This document shows, piece by piece, positions 19,500 through 28,339 of a stretch of 32,221 nucleotides of DNA. This stretch comes from Promethearchaeota archaeon (GTDB taxonomy: Archaea; Asgardarchaeota; Lokiarchaeia; Sigyniarchaeales; SOKP01), in the NCBI GenBank assembly GCA_019894975.1, contig JAGXNO010000041.1:1-32221 (forward strand). Direction: 5' to 3'. Made by a program: the position numbers and the translations under genes. The stretch's first letter is position 1, and the number at the start of each line of letters is the position of its first letter. A model generated the notes under the pieces. That model made no database searches. It was not told where the DNA came from and saw nothing but the letters and a program-made list of their open reading frames with translations.

Positions 19500-19568
19500 G
19501 AAAGATTTAAATATAAAGTGACTTTGTTCTAGATCGAACAGTTCGATATCGAACAATCGAAATCGAAA
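19500..19568 (+). promoter_or_regulatory. BRE/TATA-like promoter followed by three tandem 14-bp palindromic operator sites
   Basis: GAAAGA-TTTAAATATA (19500-19515), then GTTCTAGATCGAAC (19526-39), perfect palindrome GTTCGATATCGAAC (19541-54) and AATCGAAATCGAAA (19555-68). Confidence 0.75.
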
Positions 19569-19591
19569 CATTAAAAATGGAGGAATAAAGC

Positions 19592-19738
19592 ATGGATACA
19601 ACGTCTTTTTATTTTGAAACCTATAATTTCAAATGCAGAAAACACGTTAAATCTAGTCGAAGTGAGGAAATTAGTGAAAAGATTACTTCTGAAAAAATTT
19701 ATTCCGAATTAAAAAATATCGGTGAAAATGATAAATAA
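19592..19738 (+). CDS. Small ORF (48 aa) heading the flavin-reductase operon; possible gene remnant
   Basis: MDTTSFYFETYNFKCRKHVKSSRSEEISEKITSEKIYSELKNIGENDK*, preceded by GGAGG; its stop overlaps the start region of the next gene. Confidence 0.45.
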   Translation: MDTTSFYFETYNFKCRKHVKSSRSEEISEKITSEKIYSELKNIGENDK

Positions 19739-20303
19739 AATAAAGACTGGATGGAAGTTGCCAATATTACCTTTACCTGTATGCTTGTTAGGAGCACATG
19801 TTAATGATAAACCCAATTTCAATACTATTGTGTGGTTTAACATGTTGCATGATAATCCCCCTTTAATTGGCGTTGCGATGTCTAAAAGACATTATACTAA
19901 TCAAGGTATTAAGGAAAATAAAACATTCAGTATTAATATCCCCACAAGCGATATGGTCACTGTAACAGATTATTGTGGCTTGCATTCTGGTTCGAAAGTT
20001 GATAAATCCAAAGAATTCGAGCTTTTTTATGGAGATCTCAAGACAGCTCCAATGATAAAAGAATGTAGTGTAAATATTGAGTGTAGCCTATACAATACCA
20101 TTGAATTTAAGAATACTGAGTTATTTGTAGGTGAAATAACTGAGATATATACTGATGAAAAATACGTAAAAGATAAGGAAGCTGATGTAAATAATTTCGA
20201 TTCTTTTATGTTTTTAATGCCTAATGGTCCATATTTAAAACTTGGGGATTATCTTGCTAAAGCTTATAATGTAGGTAAAAGTTATAATCCTAAAAATGAA
20301 TAA
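19722..20303 (+). CDS. Flavin reductase-like (flavoredoxin) FMN-binding protein
   Basis: PLPVCLLGA...KPNF.TI.W, HYTNQGIKENKTFSINIP, DYCGLHSGSKVDKS, APMIKEC..NIEC. Confidence 0.9.
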   Translation: MKMINKIKTGWKLPILPLPVCLLGAHVNDKPNFNTIVWFNMLHDNPPLIGVAMSKRHYTNQGIKENKTFSINIPTSDMVTVTDYCGLHSGSKVDKSKEFELFYGDLKTAPMIKECSVNIECSLYNTIEFKNTELFVGEITEIYTDEKYVKDKEADVNNFDSFMFLMPNGPYLKLGDYLAKAYNVGKSYNPKNE

Positions 20304-20338
20304 AAATATAAAAAAAGAGTTAAAGGAGGAATTAAAAT

Positions 20339-20677
20339 ATGGAAGAAATTATTGCCTATTGTGGGCTTAATTGTTCCGCATACCCTGCATATATTGCTAC
20401 CCAAAAAGATGATTATGAAGAAATTAAAAAAGTTGCAGAGCAGTGGTCAAATGAGTCAATGTCATTTAAACCAGAAGATATATATTGTGATGGGTGTAAT
20501 TCGGATGAGAGAGTTTTTAGTTGGTGTAAGGATTGCCCAACAAGGAACTGTTGTAGGGAACACCAACTTGAAAATTGTGCTTACTGCACAGATTATTTCT
20601 GTGATAACTTAAAGAAGACTTTTGGCATGGATCCTACTGCTAAAGAAAGATTAGATGATATTAGAAAGAACTTATAA
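20339..20677 (+). CDS. DUF3795 family Cys-rich protein
   Basis: IAYCGLNC, CDGC, C..CP.R.CC, NCAYC.DYFC; GGAGG RBS upstream. Confidence 0.82.
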   Translation: MEEIIAYCGLNCSAYPAYIATQKDDYEEIKKVAEQWSNESMSFKPEDIYCDGCNSDERVFSWCKDCPTRNCCREHQLENCAYCTDYFCDNLKKTFGMDPTAKERLDDIRKNL

Positions 20678-20698
20678 AATTAAAACTACTTAAAGGAG

Positions 20699-21175
20699 AT
20701 GTTTATGGAATTAGAAGAAGTTAAAGATATAAGTTTGGAATTAATAGAGACATCTAAAGCCGCTTATTTAACAACTATTGACTCTGAAGGATATCCAATA
20801 ACGAGAGCCATGTTTAATTTAAGGAATAAAGAGCAATTTCCAGAATTTTCGGATTTTTTTGCAGAACAAGAAAATGAGTTTATGATCTTTATTTCTACAA
20901 ATACATCATCATCGAAAGTGGAGCATATTAAGAAAAATCCTAAAATTTCTGTGTATTTCTGTGATCCCGAAGAGTTTAAAGGAGTTATGTTTGGAGGTGA
21001 AGCAGAAATCATTGTTGATCCAAAAATAAAAAAGAATATTTGGTTAGATTGGTGGACAAGATATTATCCTGATGGATTAGAAGATCCGGATTATACATTG
21101 TTTAAGTTACATCCAAAAAATGCAAGATTTTACTATAAATTAACTCAAGTTCATTTTGTCCCAGGAGAAGAATAA
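20699..21175 (+). CDS. Pyridoxamine 5'-phosphate oxidase-like FMN-binding protein (general stress protein 26 type)
   Basis: AYLTTIDSEGYPITRAM, STNTSSSKVEHIKKNPKISVYF, YYPDGLEDPDY. Confidence 0.88.
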   Translation: MFMELEEVKDISLELIETSKAAYLTTIDSEGYPITRAMFNLRNKEQFPEFSDFFAEQENEFMIFISTNTSSSKVEHIKKNPKISVYFCDPEEFKGVMFGGEAEIIVDPKIKKNIWLDWWTRYYPDGLEDPDYTLFKLHPKNARFYYKLTQVHFVPGEE

Positions 21176-21642
21176 TGGCAAATATGAGGGAGGGAGGATT
21201 TTTGATTTCAAAGATTCAGAAATTATCTAGTAGGATCTTTGCAAAATTACTGCGAGAATATAAAGCGGTTGAAATAACTCCTGCTCAAGGTAGGGTTATG
21301 TTTCCACTCTGGAATTCAAATAAGGATAAATTATCCTTCCACGAATTATTAAAAATAACCTCATTAAGTAAAGCCACTTTATCTCATTTGTTAGACAACC
21401 TTGAAAAGTCTGGACATATAAAACGAATCCCACCTCGAGGAGATGAAGATAAACGAACTGTATATATTAAACTAACAGAAGAAGATAAAGAGCTCCAGGA
21501 AAAATATGTTGAAGTATCTAATCAAATGAAAGATCTTTTTTATAAAGGATTCACTGAAGAGGATATTGATGAGTTCGAAGAATATTTAAAACGACTATTA
21601 GATAACTTGACGGATTATAATGAAGAAAGAGAATCACAATAA
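21175..21642 (+). CDS. MarR family transcriptional regulator
   Basis: ITPAQGRVMFPLW, LSKATLSHLLDNLEKSGHIKR, DKRTVYIKLT; coupled to the previous stop (TAATG). Confidence 0.93.
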   Translation: MANMREGGFLISKIQKLSSRIFAKLLREYKAVEITPAQGRVMFPLWNSNKDKLSFHELLKITSLSKATLSHLLDNLEKSGHIKRIPPRGDEDKRTVYIKLTEEDKELQEKYVEVSNQMKDLFYKGFTEEDIDEFEEYLKRLLDNLTDYNEERESQ

Positions 21643-21658
21643 AGAAATTATTTAGTTA

Positions 21659-21671
21659 GTTTTTTTTTTTT
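21659..21671 (+). terminator. Oligo-T archaeal terminator after marR
   Basis: Run of about 13 T shortly after the stop, between convergent genes. Confidence 0.5.
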
Positions 21672-21700
21672 AAAATCTATTTAATTTTTTCAACACGATC

Positions 21701-22612
21701 TCACTTATTATTTCTAGATATTTTAGGCATATATATTTTTACTCTCGAAAAATGAATTTGAGGAAAGGAAATCTTTGGTAAAATCATCTGAGTGGTAAAT
21801 AATCTATTTGATATGGTTTCATGATTAATTTTTGCGTTAAAAGTCTTATCTTCTTCTAAATTACCAACAAAAATAATCTTTTCATCATCATGGCTCTCTT
21901 GTTGAGGAAGAATATATTGATCTTCAACAGATTCTTTATTACTAACTATTTCATTTTCAATAGATTTAATGAATTCTACAGATTGGAATTTTTTTTCATT
22001 AAGGATTATGCTAAATTGCTCTCTAAAATTCTCAATATTGTCGAATTCTTGAAATTTTTCATACTCAAATACCCATCCTGTATCAACATCATATAACATA
22101 CCTGTAATAGTCAAATCTTCTTTATGAACTCGTAATCTTTTTATATTTGCTAGTTGTTGTTTGATATTTTTCAACTCGTCAGTAAACGGTTTGAAGAAAT
22201 TTTTAATCTGAGAGAAGATATCTAATGATTCTTTTGACCTTGGTGTAAAAAATTCATAGGGAATTTTCTTTCTTAGCTCCAACATCTTAATTTTTGTCAT
22301 TCCACAGTCTAAATGGCCTAAAATTATAATATGCTTAATATTATATTGATAAACAGCTAGAAGTATTGATCTCAGAGCATCTGAAGTAATTAAATTTCCA
22401 GCATTCCTTAAGATGAAGACATCTCCAGGATTTAGTTGAAAAACTCGATGAACATCTATTCTAGGGTCCATACAAGTAAGAATTAAAACAGGATATTTTG
22501 GAATTTTATCATTAACTTCAATATTCTCTAAGCCCTGCAATATCTTCCATTGATACCGTAAATTTCCATTTATTAGTACATTTTCAATATTATCAATCAT
22601 ACCTCTTTCCAC
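21701..22612 (-). CDS. Beta-class carbonic anhydrase with about 100-aa C-terminal extension
   Basis: LTCMDPR, LRNAGN, GHLDCGM zinc-ligand motifs, GMLYDVDTG. Confidence 0.9.
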   Translation of the reverse strand: MERGMIDNIENVLINGNLRYQWKILQGLENIEVNDKIPKYPVLILTCMDPRIDVHRVFQLNPGDVFILRNAGNLITSDALRSILLAVYQYNIKHIIILGHLDCGMTKIKMLELRKKIPYEFFTPRSKESLDIFSQIKNFFKPFTDELKNIKQQLANIKRLRVHKEDLTITGMLYDVDTGWVFEYEKFQEFDNIENFREQFSIILNEKKFQSVEFIKSIENEIVSNKESVEDQYILPQQESHDDEKIIFVGNLEEDKTFNAKINHETISNRLFTTQMILPKISFPQIHFSRVKIYMPKISRNNK

Positions 22613-22679
22613 ATCTCATTTTTAATCTCCTCATAAATTCCTAAAGAATTTTAAAAAAAATATTAAAATGAAAAAAATA

Positions 22680-23846
22680 TTATTTTTTAACTAAAATTTC
22701 TTTAATTTTCTCAGCTCCACCATTGCCAAAAAATTCCTTAATTTTATCAGAATACTCGGGTAAAAGTTGTAAGAACGGCATAATCGCTTTTGAAAGTGAT
22801 GAGAATACATCATTTCCATCACCCATGATAAACATTTTATCCGGTTTTATATGTTTAAATATTTCAGGTAAGATGTTTGTTAACTGAACCGCTAAGAATC
22901 TCTCATCTGCGCTACCCATAGCTTCTACTTGTTTCATAAACCCTTCAGCTTGGGCGAGCATTTGTTGTTTTATATTCTCAGATTCACCTTCAGCTTGAGC
23001 TATTAACCTACGTTTTATTTGTTGAGCATCAGCATCAGCTTCAATAATTTTCTTTCGTCTATCACCATCAGCTTCAATTATCTTACGTTCTCTTTCTTGT
23101 TCTGCAATAGCTATTTCTTTTTCCTTCCTACGTATTTCAATCTCCCTTTCAACAGACTGTTCTTGAATTCCTAATTCATTTTTAACATCTAATTCTCTTA
23201 ATCTTGATTCTCTTTCTGCTTCAGCTTTTGCTATTCTAGCTTTTCTATGTTCCTCAGCTTGTTTAGATGCTTCCATATTCTTTTTAAGCTCTGGTTCACC
23301 AATAATAACTTCTATTATTTCTAAAGATTCGATCACTATGCCCCAATCAGATGTTAATTCATGTAAATCTTTTTCAACATGATCAATTATCTCTCTTCTT
23401 TCTCTAATGATCTTTTCCAGTGGCATATTAGCACATGTAGTACGAATAATCGCTTCGGTTGCGCCTTTTAATATTTTCTCAACATAATTATCATCTCTCA
23501 TATTCCATGAGACCGCACTGAAAGCTTTTTCTGGATCAATCACCTTCCAAATCAACAATCCCTCGATCTCAATGTTTTGATATTCGCTTGAGACTACCTG
23601 TTCATGAGCTTCAACTAAAGTTTGAATACTAGTAGTAGGAATAACGATATACTCATCTATCAATGGAAGTAAAACTATACTTCCACCCAATCCTGCATGT
23701 TTAACTTTACCATTACGTAAATGGATAACAAACTGGTTTGTTTTAAACTTTCTATATCGTGCGGCGAAAAAGATTACAAACAGGAATATTACAATACCAA
23801 TTGAAACCCCTATCCCTACAAATAAGGGGTTTATTTCAAATATCAA
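22680..23846 (-). CDS. SPFH/flotillin family membrane scaffold protein
   Basis: N-terminal TM, SPFH core (AIIRTTCANMPLEKIIRER...WGIVIESLEI), then A/E-rich coiled coil (AEAERE, EADADA, AQAEG). Confidence 0.9.
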   Translation of the reverse strand: MIFEINPLFVGIGVSIGIVIFLFVIFFAARYRKFKTNQFVIHLRNGKVKHAGLGGSIVLLPLIDEYIVIPTTSIQTLVEAHEQVVSSEYQNIEIEGLLIWKVIDPEKAFSAVSWNMRDDNYVEKILKGATEAIIRTTCANMPLEKIIRERREIIDHVEKDLHELTSDWGIVIESLEIIEVIIGEPELKKNMEASKQAEEHRKARIAKAEAERESRLRELDVKNELGIQEQSVEREIEIRRKEKEIAIAEQERERKIIEADGDRRKKIIEADADAQQIKRRLIAQAEGESENIKQQMLAQAEGFMKQVEAMGSADERFLAVQLTNILPEIFKHIKPDKMFIMGDGNDVFSSLSKAIMPFLQLLPEYSDKIKEFFGNGGAEKIKEILVKK

Positions 23847-23951
23847 TCTTCTTTTCTTCCCTCCTTTTTTTTATTTTGTTAAATCCTTTATTATTTTTGT
23901 TTAAATCTCAAAATTCCATTACACACTCTTTTAACCAAATACAATTTATAA

Positions 23952-24881
23952 TTAGTTTAATCTCTTCTTGCTTCTAATTGACTTCAAGCTATTATCAACT
24001 AATAATAAACCGTTTTTGACACTACAAATGTAAACGTGATCCCCCCTATCAAAAACCATTTCTTCTCTTAGAGGTTTAACGTGTAATCGTTCAAATTTCA
24101 TTGGTGTATTAGAAGGTACCTTAATCACTCCCCCCCTATCGTCAACCTTTAAAAGTACTTCCCCTTTAATCCCGATTAAATTCATTGTAGAAGAAATCCT
24201 GTAATATCGCGATTTTGCCAATATTTTCCATAAGAAATTGATAAATTTTACTGAAAGATATGAAATCATAGGAGAGGCAAAAAATATTATATATTTATGA
24301 TCTACCCCTAATAGATAATATAGAGTCAGCCCTGAAATCCCATAAACTAAAAATGCAGTTGAAAATAAAAACATAATAGGAGCAGGAGTAGTAGTGGATA
24401 TAAAATCCGAGTCAAACTCACCCTCCGTATCGATCTCTAATTCAGAATCCACATCAACTCCTGCATCCACATCTACATCTCCTTCAACATCAACAGCGTC
24501 TACATCGATTTCTGCCTCTATATCATAATCAACGTCAACATCACTATCAATATCAATTTCAGCATCAACATCGGCGTCAATATCTATTTCACTATCGATG
24601 TCTATATCACTGTCAATATCTATATCTACTTCAGCATCCAATTCGCCCGTTCCCATTATATTTGATTCCATTTGAGCTAGAAAAGTTGAAATTATTGATA
24701 AAACTAAACCCCCTATAAAAAAGCCTAAACATAGGCTTATAAAAATATCATAAAAATTAGTAAAGAAAAAACCAATTGATGTCATTAATAACCCAATAAC
24801 AACGATTAAAGATACAGCAATACTGTCTTTTTTCTTCCAATGAACGTATGTTAATACTCTATAGGGTCTTTTTTGCGTCAT
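23952..24881 (-). CDS. YqiJ/NfeD-like flotillin partner with long acidic alternating repeat and C-terminal OB fold
   Basis: TM segments, (D/E)-x repeat, APIMFLFSTAFLVYGISG, then LIGIKGEV...GVIKV...FDRGDHVYI..V....LLV; directly upstream of the SPFH gene. Confidence 0.8.
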   Translation of the reverse strand: MTQKRPYRVLTYVHWKKKDSIAVSLIVVIGLLMTSIGFFFTNFYDIFISLCLGFFIGGLVLSIISTFLAQMESNIMGTGELDAEVDIDIDSDIDIDSEIDIDADVDAEIDIDSDVDVDYDIEAEIDVDAVDVEGDVDVDAGVDVDSELEIDTEGEFDSDFISTTTPAPIMFLFSTAFLVYGISGLTLYYLLGVDHKYIIFFASPMISYLSVKFINFLWKILAKSRYYRISSTMNLIGIKGEVLLKVDDRGGVIKVPSNTPMKFERLHVKPLREEMVFDRGDHVYICSVKNGLLLVDNSLKSIRSKKRLN

Positions 24882-24921
24882 TTAGGTATTATTATATCAT
24901 TTCTACTTATAAAATTAATAA

Positions 24922-25374
24922 CTAAAATTTTGTACCACACATATGACAAAATACAGCATTCAAATCCTTTTTAGCACCACAATATTGACAGTAATTGACT
25001 ACCACTTCTACATTGACTTCTTTATCATGAACGTCCTTAGTGGGACTTTTAAATGCTGATGCTTTATAAGGGTTTATAGGAACGATCGGTTTTTCAAAAG
25101 GAATTTGTTTTCTATACATATTTCCATTTCTAGAATTATTATGAGGTTTACTCATTGTTACTGCACCAGCAGCTAAGATAATTGCAAAAAATATCATAAA
25201 ACCTCCAATCCAAAAAACTATACTAAAATTGAATCCAAAAAACCACGAACGGTTGAAAAACAAGAAAAACATAATTCCAAAGACTAAAAAAATGAGTAAA
25301 CCAGCTATCGCTGCTCCAGAACCAGTTCTACGACAGTTCTTTCTACTTGCTACAATGGGGATTACATATGCCAT
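24922..25374 (-). CDS. Two-TM membrane protein with C-terminal zinc ribbon
   Basis: Two hydrophobic helices; YCQYCG..(x8)..FCHMCG at the C-terminus. Confidence 0.85.
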   Translation of the reverse strand: MAYVIPIVASRKNCRRTGSGAAIAGLLIFLVFGIMFFLFFNRSWFFGFNFSIVFWIGGFMIFFAIILAAGAVTMSKPHNNSRNGNMYRKQIPFEKPIVPINPYKASAFKSPTKDVHDKEVNVEVVVNYCQYCGAKKDLNAVFCHMCGTKF

Positions 25375-25414
25375 TTTTTCTTATCTCTTCTTTTTTTGTA
25401 ATTAAAAGTATTTT

Positions 25415-25552
25415 TTATATAGAACGACCGATACTCCCATTTGTTCTGAGAGTTATATATTTGTCTAAATTCTGCCAATTTTTTTTATCAACACATTGCC
25501 TATGATGCTTTCTTTTCTGAAATTTATTACAAATTGGTTTTATTTTTTTCAT
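25415..25552 (-). CDS. Unannotated basic micropeptide (45 aa), paralog of 25577-25747
   Basis: MKKIKPICNKFQKRKHHRQCVDKKNWQNLDKYITLRTNGSIGRSI*; shares HR-x(1-2)-C-x5-W-x3-DKY with its neighbour. Confidence 0.55.
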   Translation of the reverse strand: MKKIKPICNKFQKRKHHRQCVDKKNWQNLDKYITLRTNGSIGRSI

Positions 25553-25576
25553 TTGTAATTAAAACCTTTTTTATTA

Positions 25577-25747
25577 TTATGGATGTTGATCTAAATTTTT
25601 ATTCAGTATTTTGAATTCCCCAAATGATACGATATTGGGGTTAAACGATATAGCAGGGGAGTCAAATGTATATTTATCCGCAACCTTCCAAACTGCATTT
25701 TTATGACATTCGGCTCTATGGAACTTTTTTTTCTTCTTTTTCTTCAT
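25577..25747 (-). CDS. Unannotated basic micropeptide (56 aa), paralog of 25415-25552
   Basis: MKKKKKKKFHRAECHKNAVWKVADKYTFDSPAISFNPNIVSFGEFKILNKNLDQHP*. Confidence 0.55.
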   Translation of the reverse strand: MKKKKKKKFHRAECHKNAVWKVADKYTFDSPAISFNPNIVSFGEFKILNKNLDQHP

Positions 25748-25801
25748 TTTCTTATATTTTAATATATTTTTTTATATTTTTTTTACCTACAATATATATT
25801 C

Positions 25802-26027
25802 ATATACTTATATATTTAAATGTTATGATCAGTTTCTAATTTCAGACAAAAAAACAGAAAACAGCGATATTCCAACTATAGAGATATATATAAGTATATA
25901 TAGAATTAAAGAAAGATTAAAAATAGGAAGACTATTAAATATATATCCTTATATATTAACAGAAACATTTTTTAATGCCAATTATTCATTTAATAAATAG
26001 GATTAAAGTTAATAAATATAAAGATAT
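25802..26027. promoter_or_regulatory. Repeated 14-bp motif ATATACTTATATAT in alternating orientation in the divergent promoter region
   Basis: 25802-15 (+), exact reverse complement at 25886-99, 1-mismatch copy 25943-56 (+), 3-mismatch reverse copy 26014-27. The AT-rich background lowers confidence. Confidence 0.45.
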
Positions 26028-26068
26028 ATAATCAAATTGAGACATAGGTAAAAATAAATATACTGGGG

Positions 26069-26815
26069 ATGATTCTAATCGCAAATGAAAACGACAAACC
26101 TGACGATAAAAACGAGGTTAAAAACTCCGAGCATAAAGATAAACCTATTTATGTTAAAGTGAGTGATGAAACAAGAGGTTTAATTGATAAATACAAAGTA
26201 CAAGGTACTACTATCTCTGATCTTATTAGAAATGCTATTAAGTGCTACGATGATTTCAACTCAATCTCACCTGAAATTCATGCTACTATTGAAAAATACA
26301 GAGAGAACAGTGAATCTGATATCTCTTTCATCGAACGTGCAATTAGATATTTTGGGGACCAAAAAAATATAGATAGAGATTTATGGATTCGTGCCAGAGA
26401 TGAAATGAAAATGATGTTGATTGGAAAAACTACCTTTAATCAATTGATTGCTGCTGCTGAAGCCCCGCAAGACAGTTTGGAAAAACCATGGCATAAAAAT
26501 GTAGCTATCGATATAATTCTTTGGTATAATGAAGCAAAACCACTTAAAAGTCTTTCAATAGAAGAAATTATTAGTACAATACAAAAAATGTGGGTGGTTG
26601 CGAACTATTTCCATACAATTGATGTTGTTAAAGCAGGTGAAGATGAATTTCATGTACTCTTCAGGCATAGACAAAATAAACGTTATAGCTCTTATTGGTT
26701 AGGTTATTTCACAGAATTATTTGCCTCAGATGAAATCTCCTTTAAATGTACTGTTGAAGGCCATAGTTTTGATGAGTCTTTATCACTGATAATTAAAATA
26801 GGTTATAAAAAATAA
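26069..26815 (+). CDS. Putative transcription regulator: two tandem ribbon-helix-helix modules plus C-terminal V4R/HNOX-like ligand-binding domain
   Basis: PIYVKVSDETRGLIDKYK.QGTTISDLIRNAI and SISPEIHATIEKYRENSESDISFIERAIRYF (beta-alpha-alpha x2); alpha/beta C-terminal domain (by eye). Confidence 0.6.
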   Translation: MILIANENDKPDDKNEVKNSEHKDKPIYVKVSDETRGLIDKYKVQGTTISDLIRNAIKCYDDFNSISPEIHATIEKYRENSESDISFIERAIRYFGDQKNIDRDLWIRARDEMKMMLIGKTTFNQLIAAAEAPQDSLEKPWHKNVAIDIILWYNEAKPLKSLSIEEIISTIQKMWVVANYFHTIDVVKAGEDEFHVLFRHRQNKRYSSYWLGYFTELFASDEISFKCTVEGHSFDESLSLIIKIGYKK

Positions 26816-26842
26816 AAAATAAAATTTTAAAATCTCTTATTT

Positions 26843-27412
26843 TTAAATTTGAGTGAATAAAGTTTCCAATTCCTCTCTTTCTCCATCATATTCATAAGCA
26901 TTAAACCAATCCCATATTTTTAGTGCAAAATCTATGAAAGCGTGTCCTTGAGCAGTAATTATATTTCCATCTTGAACAATTCGAGATTCTACATACGTTT
27001 TTCGAGGAAAGGGATCTGGGTCATTATTTTCCTCATAGATTTGAGGTGTTTGGGATGTTGTATAATTTTTATCTTTTAAAATACCCGCTTTTGCTAAAAA
27101 TTCGGGTCCCGCACAGATTGCAGCGATCAGTTTTTTTTCTTTATTAAGCTGTTTAATCAGTTTTTGAAGTTCTGGTTTCATTTCTCTTTCTGAACCCCCT
27201 GGAATTAAAAGACCATCAATATCATCTGTTTGAGTAATTTCAGAAACAGTCTTATCAGGGAAGATTGTTAATCCCCCTGAAGTTTTTAAGGGTAATGTAT
27301 CGTATGCAATATACACAACTTCCAGTTCTTCAGAACTATTCAAGCCTGAACACGCAAGAACCGTTTCAAAATCGGCAATACCATCATATAAATAACATAA
27401 TATTGTTTTCAC
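26843..27412 (-). CDS. DJ-1/PfpI family protein
   Basis: ADFE, TSGGL, LLIPGG, IAAICAGPEFLAKAGIL, DGNIITAQG. Confidence 0.92.
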   Translation of the reverse strand: MKTILCYLYDGIADFETVLACSGLNSSEELEVVYIAYDTLPLKTSGGLTIFPDKTVSEITQTDDIDGLLIPGGSEREMKPELQKLIKQLNKEKKLIAAICAGPEFLAKAGILKDKNYTTSQTPQIYEENNDPDPFPRKTYVESRIVQDGNIITAQGHAFIDFALKIWDWFNAYEYDGEREELETLFTQI

Positions 27413-27445
27413 ATCAAATCACAATCTTACTTTTAATATACTTTC

Positions 27446-28270
27446 CTAACTAAAATTATTCCAAAATTTTTCTGAAGGGTGGATAATTTCCTTCACTTTT
27501 CGCTCATCATGATAGCAAAAATCACAATAATCGTCTCCCTGCATTATAGTTTTAGTTCTCGTGAGATTAAAATCTGGATTCAAATTCTTTACCTGAAATA
27601 GGTCTTGATAACACATCATAGAATAACAAATTTCTTTATCACAATCCTGCAATACTTCAGCCCATCTGCATTTTCTAACTTTATACACAATTTTCTCATC
27701 ATTACATAACTTCAAAATACCATCATGAGTTTGCCACATCATTGTAGTATTTTTCAACGTGTTTACATAATCTTTTAAAGACTCAATAAAATTAGCGGAA
27801 TTACTTCTTGATTCAATAGTAGCTCTTATATAATTCTGTATTAAATTGATTACTTCTTCTCGGGACATAGCTGCTAGCATCGAGTTTGCTTGTAAATAAT
27901 CGAATAAGATGTAACCTTTAACAAGATCTAAGACATCAACAATTATTTCTTCTTTTAAAGGTTTTTTTTTGTATTTGGGATAATTCAACAAATCCAATAA
28001 TGTGTTGATAATCATATTATAAAATACTGGATTATTCTGTAGGATATTAAATTCTGCTTCAACCTGAATTCCGAAATCCTCTACATCTTTAGACTGGGAA
28101 ATTGCTTCTTCAATTATTGCATTGACTAGATCTCCCTTTTCTTTCTTAATATAATTCAAGAAATCCTCAAATCCTTCTAAACTATTAACAATGAAATCCA
28201 TTATATTAACTTTAATTGTAGCCTTTTCATCACACTGGAATTCTAATGTTTCTATATTATTATCATCCAT
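27446..28270 (-). CDS. L-2-amino-thiazoline-4-carboxylic acid hydrolase-like (ATC_hydrolase) domain protein
   Basis: C-terminal KCRWAE...MCYQD...LTRTKTIMQGDDYCDFCY motif. Confidence 0.82.
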   Translation of the reverse strand: MDDNNIETLEFQCDEKATIKVNIMDFIVNSLEGFEDFLNYIKKEKGDLVNAIIEEAISQSKDVEDFGIQVEAEFNILQNNPVFYNMIINTLLDLLNYPKYKKKPLKEEIIVDVLDLVKGYILFDYLQANSMLAAMSREEVINLIQNYIRATIESRSNSANFIESLKDYVNTLKNTTMMWQTHDGILKLCNDEKIVYKVRKCRWAEVLQDCDKEICYSMMCYQDLFQVKNLNPDFNLTRTKTIMQGDDYCDFCYHDERKVKEIIHPSEKFWNNFS

Positions 28271-28339
28271 CGTATTTACAACTCCGAGTAAAGTTTCTAT
28301 TATAAGAATAAGTAATTATAAAAAAAAGATTAAGGAATT

